Source of the DNA: a virus
Lineage: Duplodnaviria; Caudoviricetes
Virus record (IMG/VR): IMGVR_UViG_3300025413_001239
Reading direction: 5' to 3' (one strand)
DNA length: 64,000 nt
Each line of letters starts with the position of its first letter. Within the stretch, counting starts at the first letter, position 1. The notes beneath the pieces were generated by a model. That model did not search any database. It was not told where the DNA came from and saw nothing but the letters and a program-made list of their open reading frames with translations. The translations under genes were made by a program, and so were the position numbers. Below are positions 48,322 through 58,077 of this stretch, one piece after another.

Positions 48322-49237
48322 GCAAATCTTAAGAGAAAACACTGAGAAGAATATTTTAGGTATTACCGTAACAAGACCTAATCAAGAGTTGATTATTATG
48401 AGAGGAATCTCTGGTAGTGGTAAAAGCACAATGGCTAAATCATTAGTTAAGGGTGGTGTCATACATTCAACCGATGACTTAATAGAAGCAACTGGTGATT
48501 ATAATGGATTCTTTGCTAAAATGATAGAAGCAAATAACTTTGCTGATTTAAGTCGTATGCACTCTAATAACCTCAAGAATGCGATGAAATCTATGGATAA
48601 TGGTATAAGTCCAGTCATAATAGATAACACGAATTTAAGACCTAGTGAGGCTAAACCATACGTAATGTATGCGTTAGAGATAGGCTATGCTGATGATAAT
48701 ATTAAAATTGTTGATGTTGGTACTGGTGGGTTAAGTGCTGAAGCTTTAGCGGCTAGAAATTCTCATGGTGTTCCATTAGAGAATATTCAACGAATGATTA
48801 ATACTTATAATGGTGTCGGCCCTTTAACTCTCAATAAAATTATTGAGGCTAGTGACATGTATAAATCATCTAATGTTTTATATTCTTGTGTTTTATTAGA
48901 TGATAATTCACGTAATTTATTATTATTAACATTTGCCGATGTTATACCGAATGGATGGAAAACGATAGCACATCATATGACAATTGTTTTTGGTAAGGGT
49001 ATTGACGATAAAAATGAGTTGGGTAAAGAAGTTGTATTAACAGTTACAAACGTTGGATGGAATGATAAAGCAATAGCTGTTTTGGTTGATGGTTATCCAT
49101 CTAAAAATGCTAATCCACATATTACATTAGCTATTAATCCAGATGGTGGTAAACCTAAGGATTCTAATGAAATTACAGATTGGAAAAAAATTAGACCATT
49201 TAAAATAAATGGTGTTGTGACAGAAATTAAAAAATAA
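48305..49237 (+). CDS. Polynucleotide kinase (AAA_33-like) fused to 2H 2',3'-cyclic phosphodiesterase
   Basis: MRGISGSGKST, IIDNTN, RNSHGVP; HHMTI and PHITL 2H motifs. Confidence 0.8.
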   Translation: MKKVIKQILRENTEKNILGITVTRPNQELIIMRGISGSGKSTMAKSLVKGGVIHSTDDLIEATGDYNGFFAKMIEANNFADLSRMHSNNLKNAMKSMDNGISPVIIDNTNLRPSEAKPYVMYALEIGYADDNIKIVDVGTGGLSAEALAARNSHGVPLENIQRMINTYNGVGPLTLNKIIEASDMYKSSNVLYSCVLLDDNSRNLLLLTFADVIPNGWKTIAHHMTIVFGKGIDDKNELGKEVVLTVTNVGWNDKAIAVLVDGYPSKNANPHITLAINPDGGKPKDSNEITDWKKIRPFKINGVVTEIKK

Positions 49238-49247
49238 ATTTGTTTGT

Positions 49248-49658
49248 TTGGTTTCTATTCTGTATATTTGCAAAAAGTTTTTTATGACAAAAGAAGAAAG
49301 AAGGCTTGACCTAAGCGGTAAGCTATTAAAAATGGGTGAGTCTTTAATATTAGAGGGTCGAGATTCTATGGATGGTTGTGTCATGGAAACTGGTAGTGCG
49401 TTAATTTTATTGGCTAATATCATTGAATCAGAAGATGATATGTTTGTTTTTGGTGAATTTGTATCTATGTTTTCAGCTAAGAAAGTATTAGAGGAAATGG
49501 AAAATAAGAAAAAACCTAATACAACTGAAGATTTACTAAAGGAAATTCTTGATTCATTTAAGAATGTCGGTAGTGATTTACCAAAAGAAACACCCAAAAA
49601 GACTCGTAGACCAAGAAAAAAAAGAAACGACAATGATGAACCAGAATCTGGTTCATAA
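49248..49658 (+). CDS. Hypothetical protein
   Basis: 136 aa; likely start MTKEER after TATATTTG. Confidence 0.55.
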   Translation: MVSILYICKKFFMTKEERRLDLSGKLLKMGESLILEGRDSMDGCVMETGSALILLANIIESEDDMFVFGEFVSMFSAKKVLEEMENKKKPNTTEDLLKEILDSFKNVGSDLPKETPKKTRRPRKKRNDNDEPESGS

Positions 49659-49681
49659 TTTTTAATATTAAAAAATAAAAT

Positions 49682-50272
49682 ATGTTAGCAATAGTAGAAT
49701 ACATAAAGAAAAATGGTTTAGATAATGCTATCGAAACTTTTAATTTAAAGGCTAAATTATACGAAAATAAGGTTCACATTAAATATGACCAAATAGGTTC
49801 GGATATGTCTCTTAAGGAGGTTCAAGAATGTCGTGGACTTATCCTAGATAGAAATACATTTGATGTAATCTCAATGTCCTTTTTCAAGTTCTTTAATAAC
49901 GGTGAAACTAATGCTGCTAAGATAGACTGGGATACAGCTCATGTATTTGAAAAAGTTGATGGTTGCCTTGATGAAAATACGTTGATAACGACTAATGAAG
50001 GTGTTAAAACGATTAAGGAAATTTGTGAAGAAAAACTTAATTGTAAAGTCTTGTCATATTGGGTTAATAGTAATGAGATTATCTTTGATGATATAATTGG
50101 ATGGTCAATTAAGGATAATATTAATGATTGGTATGAAATTAAATTGGATGACGAAACTTCAATTAAACTGACTGGTAATCATAAGGTTTGGTTACCAAAG
50201 CTAAATTGTTATAGACAAGTTTCAGATTTAACGGAAGCGGATGAATTCTTATTAAGTACTAAAAAAAATTAA
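49682..50272 (+). CDS. T4 Rnl1-like RNA ligase N-extein plus split intein N-half
   Basis: ECRGLI, FFKFFN, EKVDG|CLDENTLI (block A), LTGNHKVW (block B). Confidence 0.85.
   Translation: MLAIVEYIKKNGLDNAIETFNLKAKLYENKVHIKYDQIGSDMSLKEVQECRGLILDRNTFDVISMSFFKFFNNGETNAAKIDWDTAHVFEKVDGCLDENTLITTNEGVKTIKEICEEKLNCKVLSYWVNSNEIIFDDIIGWSIKDNINDWYEIKLDDETSIKLTGNHKVWLPKLNCYRQVSDLTEADEFLLSTKKN
49964..50272 (+). mobile_element. Split intein IntN (102 aa)
   Basis: Starts at Cys after KVDG; blocks A and B present; ends at stop. Confidence 0.85.
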
Positions 50273-50658
50273 ATTCTGGCAGCAATGTTTCAAATTTAGA
50301 AAAACGAATTGGTTATACTTTAGATAATTTAAATATTAAATTTGAAACTCAATATTTAATTAATAGGTTTTCTTATGATTATTATATCAATGATATAAAT
50401 TTATTAATAGAGGTTAATGGTGATTTTTGGCGTGCTAACCCAATAAAATATTTACCTGATGATATATTACCATTTCCGAAAAGTATTGAAATTAAAGCCA
50501 AAGATTTATGGTTAAAGGATAAACGAAAGAATGAATTAGCGATTAAAAATGGTTTTAATATAGTTACAATTTGGGAAATGGAGATTAATAATTTAAATAG
50601 TGTTGAACTTGAAATATTTTTGTTAAATAAATTAAATAACTTTATAAATGGAGACTAA
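50263..50658 (+). pseudogene. Start-less Vsr/DUF559-like endonuclease remnant
   Basis: Open frame SNLEKRI..FSYDYYI..LLIEVNGDFWRANP..KD..KNELA..GFNIVTIWE; no start codon; H of the usual FWH is R. Confidence 0.75.
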
Positions 50659-51610
50659 CGTAGTTAAAATAAAATCAATTAAAAAAATTGATTCTAATTC
50701 GAAAAGATATGACATACAAACAAAATTAACTAATAACTTTTTCGCTAATAATATTCTAGTTCATAACTCGATGATGCAAGTTTATTGGGACCCTTACGCT
50801 AATAAGTGGTTTGCTGGAACTACAGGTACTGCCGAAGGTGAGGGTGAAGTAAACAATAAGTCTGGGACAACGTTTAATGATTTGTTTTGGCAAGTTGTAA
50901 ACGACAAAGCTCCAAATATGCTTAGGTGGTTAAATAAGTTAAAGCATTGCACGTTTGTGTTTGAATTAACAACACCTTATAACATTGTGGTTAAGCCGCA
51001 TGGTGAATCTAGTATTACACTTTTAGCTGCAAGAGATAATCAAACACTTAAAGAGTTAAGGTATATTGATTTAAAGGTATTAGCAACAACTTTTGGTGTG
51101 CCAATAGTTAAATTATTCGACTTAAAAGCTAAGAACTTTGGTGACTTGATTAGAACATTTGAAGGAATGCCATGGTCTGAAGAAGGTTATGTCGTAATGG
51201 ATGAAAACTTCAATCGTGTTAAAGTTAAGAACCCAGCATACTGCGCTGTACATTTACTAAAAGGTAAATCAGCTGAACATAACATTTTAACAATCGTTAA
51301 GTCTAACGAAATTGAAGAATTCGCATCAACTTTCCCAGAAAGAAAAGAAGAATTATTTAAGCTTAAGGCCAACTACGATTTGTTGAATGCAAAGTTAAAT
51401 TCAGTGTGGGATGAACTAATACCAAGAAAGCCTAAAAACATAACAGCTAATGAAAAGAAGTTGTTTGCGGCTGCTGTATTTGAAGTTTGTAAGAAGCATA
51501 AGGTTGATAATTTCACTGGGTTATTCTTCCAATTGGAAGCTGGTAAAATAGAATCAGTTGATGAGTATTTGATGGAATATGACAATAAAAAGTTGTACCA
51601 TATACTTTAA
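50648..51610 (+). CDS. Split intein C-half (40 aa) plus RNA ligase C-extein
   Basis: YDIQT..NNFFANNILVHN|S; FVFEL, EEGYVV, RVKVK ligase motifs. Confidence 0.85.
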   Translation: METNVVKIKSIKKIDSNSKRYDIQTKLTNNFFANNILVHNSMMQVYWDPYANKWFAGTTGTAEGEGEVNNKSGTTFNDLFWQVVNDKAPNMLRWLNKLKHCTFVFELTTPYNIVVKPHGESSITLLAARDNQTLKELRYIDLKVLATTFGVPIVKLFDLKAKNFGDLIRTFEGMPWSEEGYVVMDENFNRVKVKNPAYCAVHLLKGKSAEHNILTIVKSNEIEEFASTFPERKEELFKLKANYDLLNAKLNSVWDELIPRKPKNITANEKKLFAAAVFEVCKKHKVDNFTGLFFQLEAGKIESVDEYLMEYDNKKLYHIL

Positions 51611-51670
51611 AAAATAAATTTGGTGGAATGAAAGTTCCACCTTATTTTTGCACTCTAAATAAAATAAACA

Positions 51671-52402
51671 ATGACAATTAAGCAAATTTTCGATGAAATC
51701 GCAAGCGAATCATCTACGAACAAAAAAGTTGAAATCCTTAACAAGTATAAAGACAATGACTTATTAAAGAGGGTTCTGTATTTGGCTAATTCACCTCGTA
51801 TTAAGTTTTATATCAAGCAAATTCCAGAGTATGAATCTGGTCCATTTAATCAAGACTTATCAGTTGGTTTGGATAGCTTGAGTCCATTATCCTTAAGGCA
51901 ATTAACTGGACATGCTGCCATAAATCACTTAGCTGCAACTCTTGAGTTTTGTAGCGAAGATGATGCTTATATCATCGAGCGTATCATCGAAAAGGATTGC
52001 AAAATTAATTTGGGTACTTCACTTATTAATAAAGTATTTCCTAAACTAATTGAAGAAACACCTTACATGGGTGCTAAGGCTTTTGATGAGAAATTAGCTA
52101 AGGCTATATTTAAAGATGGTTCAGCTTTAAGCCAAGTTAAGATGGATGGTCGTTATTGCAATGCTGTAATAGCGAATAATTCAGTTGATATGGAAAGCCG
52201 CCAAGGTGAACCAACGCTATTAGGTGATGCGTATTTTATAAGCGAATTAAATCAGCTTAAGGATTGCGTTTTAAACGGTGAGTTGACAATGAAGTGTATT
52301 GAATCTAAATTTACTTTTAATAAAGACGATTTAATCGAAATTGACGGTATTAAATATACCACCAAAGAAATAAAAAATAAATTTTTACCATTAATTGAAT
52401 AA
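51671..52402 (+). CDS. ATP-dependent DNA ligase, N-terminal fragment
   Basis: KMDGRY (motif I), SRQG, LNGEL (motif III) then a non-ligase tail. Confidence 0.85.
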   Translation: MTIKQIFDEIASESSTNKKVEILNKYKDNDLLKRVLYLANSPRIKFYIKQIPEYESGPFNQDLSVGLDSLSPLSLRQLTGHAAINHLAATLEFCSEDDAYIIERIIEKDCKINLGTSLINKVFPKLIEETPYMGAKAFDEKLAKAIFKDGSALSQVKMDGRYCNAVIANNSVDMESRQGEPTLLGDAYFISELNQLKDCVLNGELTMKCIESKFTFNKDDLIEIDGIKYTTKEIKNKFLPLIE

Positions 52403-52440
52403 AATGAAAGTTCAACATATTTATAAATAAATATAAATTT

Positions 52441-53337
52441 ATGTATGTAACTTATTTAATTATTTATAATGGTGATAAATTACCACCATTATATATTGGG
52501 TCAACTAGTTTAGAAAAAATAGAGAATGGGTATCGAGGGTCAATCTCATCGAAGAAATATAAAAATATTTTTAAAGAAGAGTTAAAAAGTAATTTTAACC
52601 TATTCGATGTTATCATTCTATCAAAACATGAAACTAGAATTGAAGCATTGGAAATGGAATTAGATTTACAAAAAAAGTTTGATGTGGTAAAATCAAATAA
52701 ATTTATGAATCAATCCTTAGCATCAGTTAATGGCATGTTTGGTATGGATGTAAATGGTAAAAATAACCCAATGTTTGGTAAGAAACATTCAGACAAAACA
52801 AGAAATGTACTAAAGGAAAAACGTGGAAATAATAAACGATATGAATTAACCGATAAACATAAAGAAATTATTAGTAAAACACACGCTAATAAAGTTATTT
52901 CTGAAAACACAAAAAAATTAATTTCAGATAAATTAAAGGGTAAATACATAGGTAAAGATAATCCTATGTTTGGTAAAAAACATAGTGAAGAGACTAAAAT
53001 TAAAATATCTAAAAGTAACAGTGGTAAAATTAGAACAGATGAATTCAAACAAAGAACATCCGAATTAAATAAGGGTAAAATTATTTCTGAAGATACCAAG
53101 ATAAAAATATCTAGGGCTAAAATCGGAAAAAAACGTACTTCTTTTAGTAAAGAGTGGCGAGAAAATATATCTAAAGCTAATAAAGGTAGAATTCTTAGTG
53201 AAGAAACTCGAAAAAAACTGAGTAAACCAAGAGAATCAACAAAATCGGTATGCCCATATTGTGGGTTTATTGGTGGTGGCGGTAATATGAAACGCTATCA
53301 TTTTGAGAATTGTAAAATAAATAAAAATAAGGTATGA
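52441..53337 (+). CDS. GIY-YIG (Seg-like) homing endonuclease with NUMOD3 repeats
   Basis: VTYLI..LYIGST; NPMFGKKHS repeats; CPYC..NMKRYHFENCK. Confidence 0.85.
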   Translation: MYVTYLIIYNGDKLPPLYIGSTSLEKIENGYRGSISSKKYKNIFKEELKSNFNLFDVIILSKHETRIEALEMELDLQKKFDVVKSNKFMNQSLASVNGMFGMDVNGKNNPMFGKKHSDKTRNVLKEKRGNNKRYELTDKHKEIISKTHANKVISENTKKLISDKLKGKYIGKDNPMFGKKHSEETKIKISKSNSGKIRTDEFKQRTSELNKGKIISEDTKIKISRAKIGKKRTSFSKEWRENISKANKGRILSEETRKKLSKPRESTKSVCPYCGFIGGGGNMKRYHFENCKINKNKV

Positions 53338-54164
53338 ACATTAATTCTAATGAAATAAAAAAAATAATAGTTAATAACGATGGTAGTCTTGAAATATTGA
53401 CAATGAAGGGTATATCTCGTTACGAGAGCAACGGCATCATAGCATCTCTTATTTCAATTAGAAAGAAAGAATTAGATGGTAAGGATGTACGCAAGGAAAT
53501 ACTTGAGTTTGAAAAAGAACACATGGTTTATCAAACAGCGTTGGATTCAATTATTTTCACTGCTTGGGATATGATAACACTTGAAGAATATACTGCCGCT
53601 AAATCAGTTAGACAATATCGTGAAAGATACGCTGAATTGGTTGCGCTATTAAACGCTAATAATTTTACCAATCTTTCAGTTGTTGAAACAAAAGAGGTTA
53701 AGACTTATGAAGAAGCTATTGAACACTTTCAAGAGGTTTTAGCTAGAGGTGAAGAAGGTACAATACTTAAATCATCTAAGGGTGCTTGGAAAGACGGTAA
53801 ACCTAACCATCAAATTAAGCTAAAAAAAGAAATTAATCTTGATTTAAAAATTGTAGGTTTTAATTACGGAACGGGTAAAAATAAAGACGTTATATCATCC
53901 ATTGATGTTGAGAGTTCAGATGGTTTACTTAAAACGAGCCCGACAGGAATTAATGAATCTATGATGAAATTTATCACAGAAAATCAGGATAAACTTTTGA
54001 ACACTATTATTGAGGTAAAGTGTTCTGGGTTGTCAAAGGATTCAGATGGTAATTATTCTTTGTTACACCCAGTATTCAAATCTTTACGTACTGATGAAAA
54101 GAGTATTGCTGATTCATTAGATGAGTGTATTAAAATAGATAAAGCTGCTATGGGGTTATCTTAA
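53334..54164 (+). CDS. ATP-dependent DNA ligase, C-terminal fragment
   Basis: SRYESNG, FTAWD, EEGTILK (IV), KLKK (V), SLLHPVF..R.DEK (VI). Confidence 0.85.
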   Translation: MNINSNEIKKIIVNNDGSLEILTMKGISRYESNGIIASLISIRKKELDGKDVRKEILEFEKEHMVYQTALDSIIFTAWDMITLEEYTAAKSVRQYRERYAELVALLNANNFTNLSVVETKEVKTYEEAIEHFQEVLARGEEGTILKSSKGAWKDGKPNHQIKLKKEINLDLKIVGFNYGTGKNKDVISSIDVESSDGLLKTSPTGINESMMKFITENQDKLLNTIIEVKCSGLSKDSDGNYSLLHPVFKSLRTDEKSIADSLDECIKIDKAAMGLS

Positions 54165-54342
54165 CGGCGTACCAACCAATATACATTTTATTAGCAATTA
54201 ATACTTCTTTTTTAATTGTATTTCCTTGGTATATTGGTTTACCATTATTGTAATAAGATTTTCTTAATGCCTTCGTTGGTAAACCATTTGTTTTACATAT
54301 TGTTTCAAAATTACCGTTACACATGAACATAAGTAAGTTTAT

Positions 54343-54759
54343 TTGTTAAAAAAACAATGGGTGAAGAATAATCATCAAGGTGTAAATGAATATCGTAAAA
54401 ATTACTATTTAAATAATAAAGAAAAAATACTAACAAAAAATAAAGAATGGAATAAAAAAAATGCGCATATTGTATCTTGGCGCACCATTTTGAAATCGCA
54501 ACTTAGGAGAATGGGTAATAGTAAAGAAGGAAAAACAATTGATTTATTAGGGTATTCAGCGTTAGAACTGAAAAACCATATCGAATCCTTATTTACTGAA
54601 GGTATGACTTGGGATAATCATGGTGAATGGCATATTGACCATAAAATACCCGTAACTAAATTTGAAAAAAATGTTCCTCCACATATTGTAAATGCGTTAA
54701 ATAATTTACAACCATTATGGGCGAACGAAAACAGAAGTAAATATAATAAAATTTTATAA
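54343..54759 (+). CDS. HNH-type endonuclease (WHIDH family), probably 5'-truncated
   Basis: MTWDNHGEWHIDHKIP..NLQPLWANENRSK. Confidence 0.7.
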   Translation: MLKKQWVKNNHQGVNEYRKNYYLNNKEKILTKNKEWNKKNAHIVSWRTILKSQLRRMGNSKEGKTIDLLGYSALELKNHIESLFTEGMTWDNHGEWHIDHKIPVTKFEKNVPPHIVNALNNLQPLWANENRSKYNKIL

Positions 54760-54775
54760 ATTAAAAATAATTGAA

Positions 54776-55609
54776 ATGACAAGTAAACGACATATCGGGT
54801 TTCCATCTATTGACCAGTTTAAGACAGTTGTCTCCAACATCAATAGAAGACACAATTTTGTTGGTTTGGATGCCAACGGTGATGCAATTTATGACCCATC
54901 AAAACCTAAGCCAAAGCTTAAGTTTAAGGGTACGGTAAAACTACATGGTACCAACTTCGGTGTATGTTATAATGACATCGCTGGATTATGGGCACAATCT
55001 AGGGAAAATATAATCACCTCCCAAAAAGATAATGCTGGCTCCGCTTTTTTTGTTGAGTCCAATACAGAAGCTTTCTTGGATTTATTTAACCAAGTAAAGA
55101 ATAAGTTAAATTTGGATTTGACTCAAAACACAATTTCAATTTATGGTGAGTGGGCTGGTAAGGGTATTCAAAAGTCTGTTGCGATTTCCAATTTGGATAA
55201 GTCTATGTTTATTTTTGGTGTTAAGATTACACCTCATCCAAAGGATGAAGATGATAAGACACCAGCTTATTGGGTTGATTCGTCATACCTAAGGAACCAT
55301 GAGCATAGGATTTACAATATTGAGGATTATGAGACTTATGAGATTGAAATCGATTTCAATTATCCTCAATTGGCTCAGAATAAGCTAATTGAAATGACTA
55401 TTGCTGTTGAGGATGAATGTCCTGTTGGTAAAGCCTTTGGTCATGTTGCGTTAACAGACAATACAGCATATGAAGAAAATGGTAAAATTTGGTTTGAACG
55501 AGAAAATAGTTTTACAGATATATTAAAAAATCAATTAATTGATGAATTTAGAATACTTCGTAATAAATATCCGATAGGTATAAATAAAATATTTTTTACT
55601 ATTCTATAG
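54776..55609 (+). CDS. Rnl2-like RNA ligase, N-terminal fragment
   Basis: VKLHGTN (motif I), QSR, IYGEWAG (III), FIFGV; ends after ECPVGKAFG with an unrelated tail. Confidence 0.8.
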   Translation: MTSKRHIGFPSIDQFKTVVSNINRRHNFVGLDANGDAIYDPSKPKPKLKFKGTVKLHGTNFGVCYNDIAGLWAQSRENIITSQKDNAGSAFFVESNTEAFLDLFNQVKNKLNLDLTQNTISIYGEWAGKGIQKSVAISNLDKSMFIFGVKITPHPKDEDDKTPAYWVDSSYLRNHEHRIYNIEDYETYEIEIDFNYPQLAQNKLIEMTIAVEDECPVGKAFGHVALTDNTAYEENGKIWFERENSFTDILKNQLIDEFRILRNKYPIGINKIFFTIL

Positions 55610-55652
55610 TCTTTTATACAATACCCAGATATTTATAAATAAAGATAAATAT

Positions 55653-56648
55653 ATGGAAAAAAAATTTGTTGTGTATCGAACAATTTATTCTGGTGATAGA
55701 TTACCGAAATATTACATTGGTTCAACTAGTTTAGAAAAGATAAAATCTGGTTATTATGGTAGTGTCAGAAGTAAAAAATATAAAGATATTTTCTATTCTG
55801 AATTAAAACTACATCCTAATTTATTTAGTATTGAGATTTTGTCATACCATGATTCTAGGAATGATGCACTTTCAGAAGAATTATTACAACAAATTAAACA
55901 CAATGTTGTTGAGTCGGACGAATACTTTAATGAAAGTTTTGCTAGTATAAATGGTTATTTTGGTAGACATGTCAAAGGCATTAGCCATCCAAAATTTGGT
56001 TTATCAAATTACAAAATTTGGATTAATAAATATGGTTTAGATATTGCTAATGAAAAATTAAAAGTTTATTTAACGAAACAAAGTATATCTAACGGCGGTA
56101 AGAATAATCCAATGTTTGGTAGAAATAAAGAAGTTGTTGCAATTGATGTAAATAGCGGTCTGAAGGTTCGTGTAAATAAAGTCGAGTTTGATAATCGAAT
56201 TGATTTATCTGGTCATACACTTGGATATGTTACGGTTATTGATAAATCAACTGGTGAAAAAATAACGATTAATAAATCTAATTATAACTTAGAAAAACAT
56301 TTACATCATAACACAAATAGAAAACATAATGATACAGTTAAAGCTAAACTCTCAAAAATTAGAAAGGGTTTAATAACCGCTAAAGATTGGGATGGTAATT
56401 ATTATCGGGTGAGTAAAGATGACCCTAGATTTGAATCAGGTGAATTATCAAATATTTTTAGTAAACGTTGGATAGTTGTTGATAATTTTGGTAAGAAATA
56501 TAATGTTATGAATATTAAAAAATTTATGAAAAGTAAAAATATTCATTTTAATGAAAAAATTATAATTAACTCTGATGGTAGTGTAACAAATCATAATGTT
56601 AAAAAATATAATTCATTAAATGGTTGGAATTTAAAATGTTTAGATTAA
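55653..56648 (+). CDS. GIY-YIG (Seg-like) homing endonuclease, paralog of 52441
   Basis: VVYRTIYSGDRLPKYYIGSTSLEKI..GY.GS..SKKYK. Confidence 0.85.
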   Translation: MEKKFVVYRTIYSGDRLPKYYIGSTSLEKIKSGYYGSVRSKKYKDIFYSELKLHPNLFSIEILSYHDSRNDALSEELLQQIKHNVVESDEYFNESFASINGYFGRHVKGISHPKFGLSNYKIWINKYGLDIANEKLKVYLTKQSISNGGKNNPMFGRNKEVVAIDVNSGLKVRVNKVEFDNRIDLSGHTLGYVTVIDKSTGEKITINKSNYNLEKHLHHNTNRKHNDTVKAKLSKIRKGLITAKDWDGNYYRVSKDDPRFESGELSNIFSKRWIVVDNFGKKYNVMNIKKFMKSKNIHFNEKIIINSDGSVTNHNVKKYNSLNGWNLKCLD

Positions 56649-56660
56649 AAATAAAATAAA

Positions 56661-57143
56661 ATGTATAAAATTAAATTAATTAGTGGTGGTTCGTCTGAAC
56701 ATCAAGAAGAAATTAACAAGGTTATTGATTTGGATATAAATACAATCGGTGAGGGTATTGTTTTCTCTTATTATGCTGAGGATGGTGAGGTTTATCGGTT
56801 CAAATCTAAGGGAACTAAACACTCAAAGGCTTCTAAAGTTACAACACTTAAGCCAGTTGATGATGCTAAAATCAATAACATTATTGAAACTGTTAATAAG
56901 GTTTGTGTTTCTTGGAGACTTGAGCAAATGCTTGACAAGACCTTTGACCTTATGAATGGTGGTACCATTGACATCAAAAGGCTTGGTGATTTTATTAGAA
57001 ATGTTATCGCCGATATTCTTAAAGAAGAATTGGAAACAATAGCTGAGGCTGGCCTTGAACCTAAAGACATTAATGCTAAGGTTTCTGAGAGATGTCGAAA
57101 TTACTTTTTTCAAAAACAAAATGAAGAAGTTGGGCTTGTTTAA
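56661..57143 (+). CDS. Rnl2-like RNA ligase, C-terminal fragment
   Basis: IGEGIV (motif IV), FKSKG.KH (motif V), DILKEE. Confidence 0.8.
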   Translation: MYKIKLISGGSSEHQEEINKVIDLDINTIGEGIVFSYYAEDGEVYRFKSKGTKHSKASKVTTLKPVDDAKINNIIETVNKVCVSWRLEQMLDKTFDLMNGGTIDIKRLGDFIRNVIADILKEELETIAEAGLEPKDINAKVSERCRNYFFQKQNEEVGLV

Positions 57144-57202
57144 AGCCTGACTTTTACTTTATTTACTAATTTAAAAGATTTATTATATTAAAATAAAAAA
57201 TT

Positions 57203-57415
57203 ATGATACAAAACAAAGTTTTAAAACTAAAACAAGCCGCAACACTTGCGAACGGTGTTAATTTTCCAGCTGGTCAAGAGATTGAAATAGTTATGGATGT
57301 GGTATATATTGGTGGATTTCCATTACCCCCAAACATGCAAGGTAATATGCTAAACTGGATTAACAATAATCCAAATTTATTCACAGAAACAACAATGAAA
57401 TGGAGCAAAAATTAA
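57203..57415 (+). CDS. Hypothetical protein
   Basis: 70 aa. Confidence 0.55.
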   Translation: MIQNKVLKLKQAATLANGVNFPAGQEIEIVMDVVYIGGFPLPPNMQGNMLNWINNNPNLFTETTMKWSKN

Positions 57416-58077
57416 AGACTGGTTATGAGTGGTGTTTAGAGGAAAGACTTAGACTTCTAAGATTATCTCAATGGCCAACACAAGAAGCATTCTTTGCTGA
57501 TTCATATTATGAAGAGAAAATAACCTTTGCTGATTTTTCTGAAAGGATTAAAGAATGTGATGTTAAACCTAATTCTATACCGAGAAAAACTGAGATGTAT
57601 TTGGAATATCGTATGTATGGATTAGTTGCGTATCAATTATCTGGAACGATACATGCTGGTATTCAGTTCGGTCATGCAGTTGTTGAATATGGACAATACG
57701 TAAAGGACATTCCACTATTTGAAGCAGTTTATGATAAATTCGCTAATAAGGATAAGACTTTTATAATTCTTAATGGTGGAACTACTAATGAGAATCCAGA
57801 AAGACTTGGCACTCTTCAACAACATGCGCAAGCTCTAAAGGATAATCTTGTATTATTTGCTGAGTTTAGGGAACCAGATTTAAATGATGCTTTAACAGCT
57901 ATTGTTTTCTTAGTGGATGAAAGAGTCTTTAAAAAAGACTTGTATCCAGATTTTGTTAGAGATGAAAAGGCTAGTTGGTCAAGAAATGAAATTCAATATC
58001 GTGAATGGCTTGAAAAAATTGGGGGTGAAAGAAATGTTTTCTTAAGAAGTTTCTTACCAAACTTTAGATTAGCATAA
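57400..58077 (+). CDS. Pth2-like peptidyl-tRNA hydrolase
   Basis: HAGIQFGHA, TFIILNGG, FREPDLNDALTAI. Confidence 0.7.
   Translation: MEQKLKTGYEWCLEERLRLLRLSQWPTQEAFFADSYYEEKITFADFSERIKECDVKPNSIPRKTEMYLEYRMYGLVAYQLSGTIHAGIQFGHAVVEYGQYVKDIPLFEAVYDKFANKDKTFIILNGGTTNENPERLGTLQQHAQALKDNLVLFAEFREPDLNDALTAIVFLVDERVFKKDLYPDFVRDEKASWSRNEIQYREWLEKIGGERNVFLRSFLPNFRLA

Noticed and set aside
52295-52402. Cys-starting tail of the DNA ligase N-fragment as a split intein
   Set aside because: No block B TxxH, and the C-fragment has no HN|C/S/T junction.
52283-56760. Group I or II introns explaining the split DNA ligase and Rnl2 (and TROVE at 34.2-35.0 kb)
   Set aside because: Only tens of non-coding AT-rich nucleotides flank each endonuclease. 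No P7/catalytic core or domain V is visible, and each downstream fragment has its own ATG and leader.
3536-57119. Many short antisense or alternate-frame ORFs in the track (e.g. 4615, 21289, 21886, 42059, 43784, 44073, 52710, 56792)
   Set aside because: They are shadows of longer real genes or overlap tRNA/ncRNA genes, with no motifs or expression signals.
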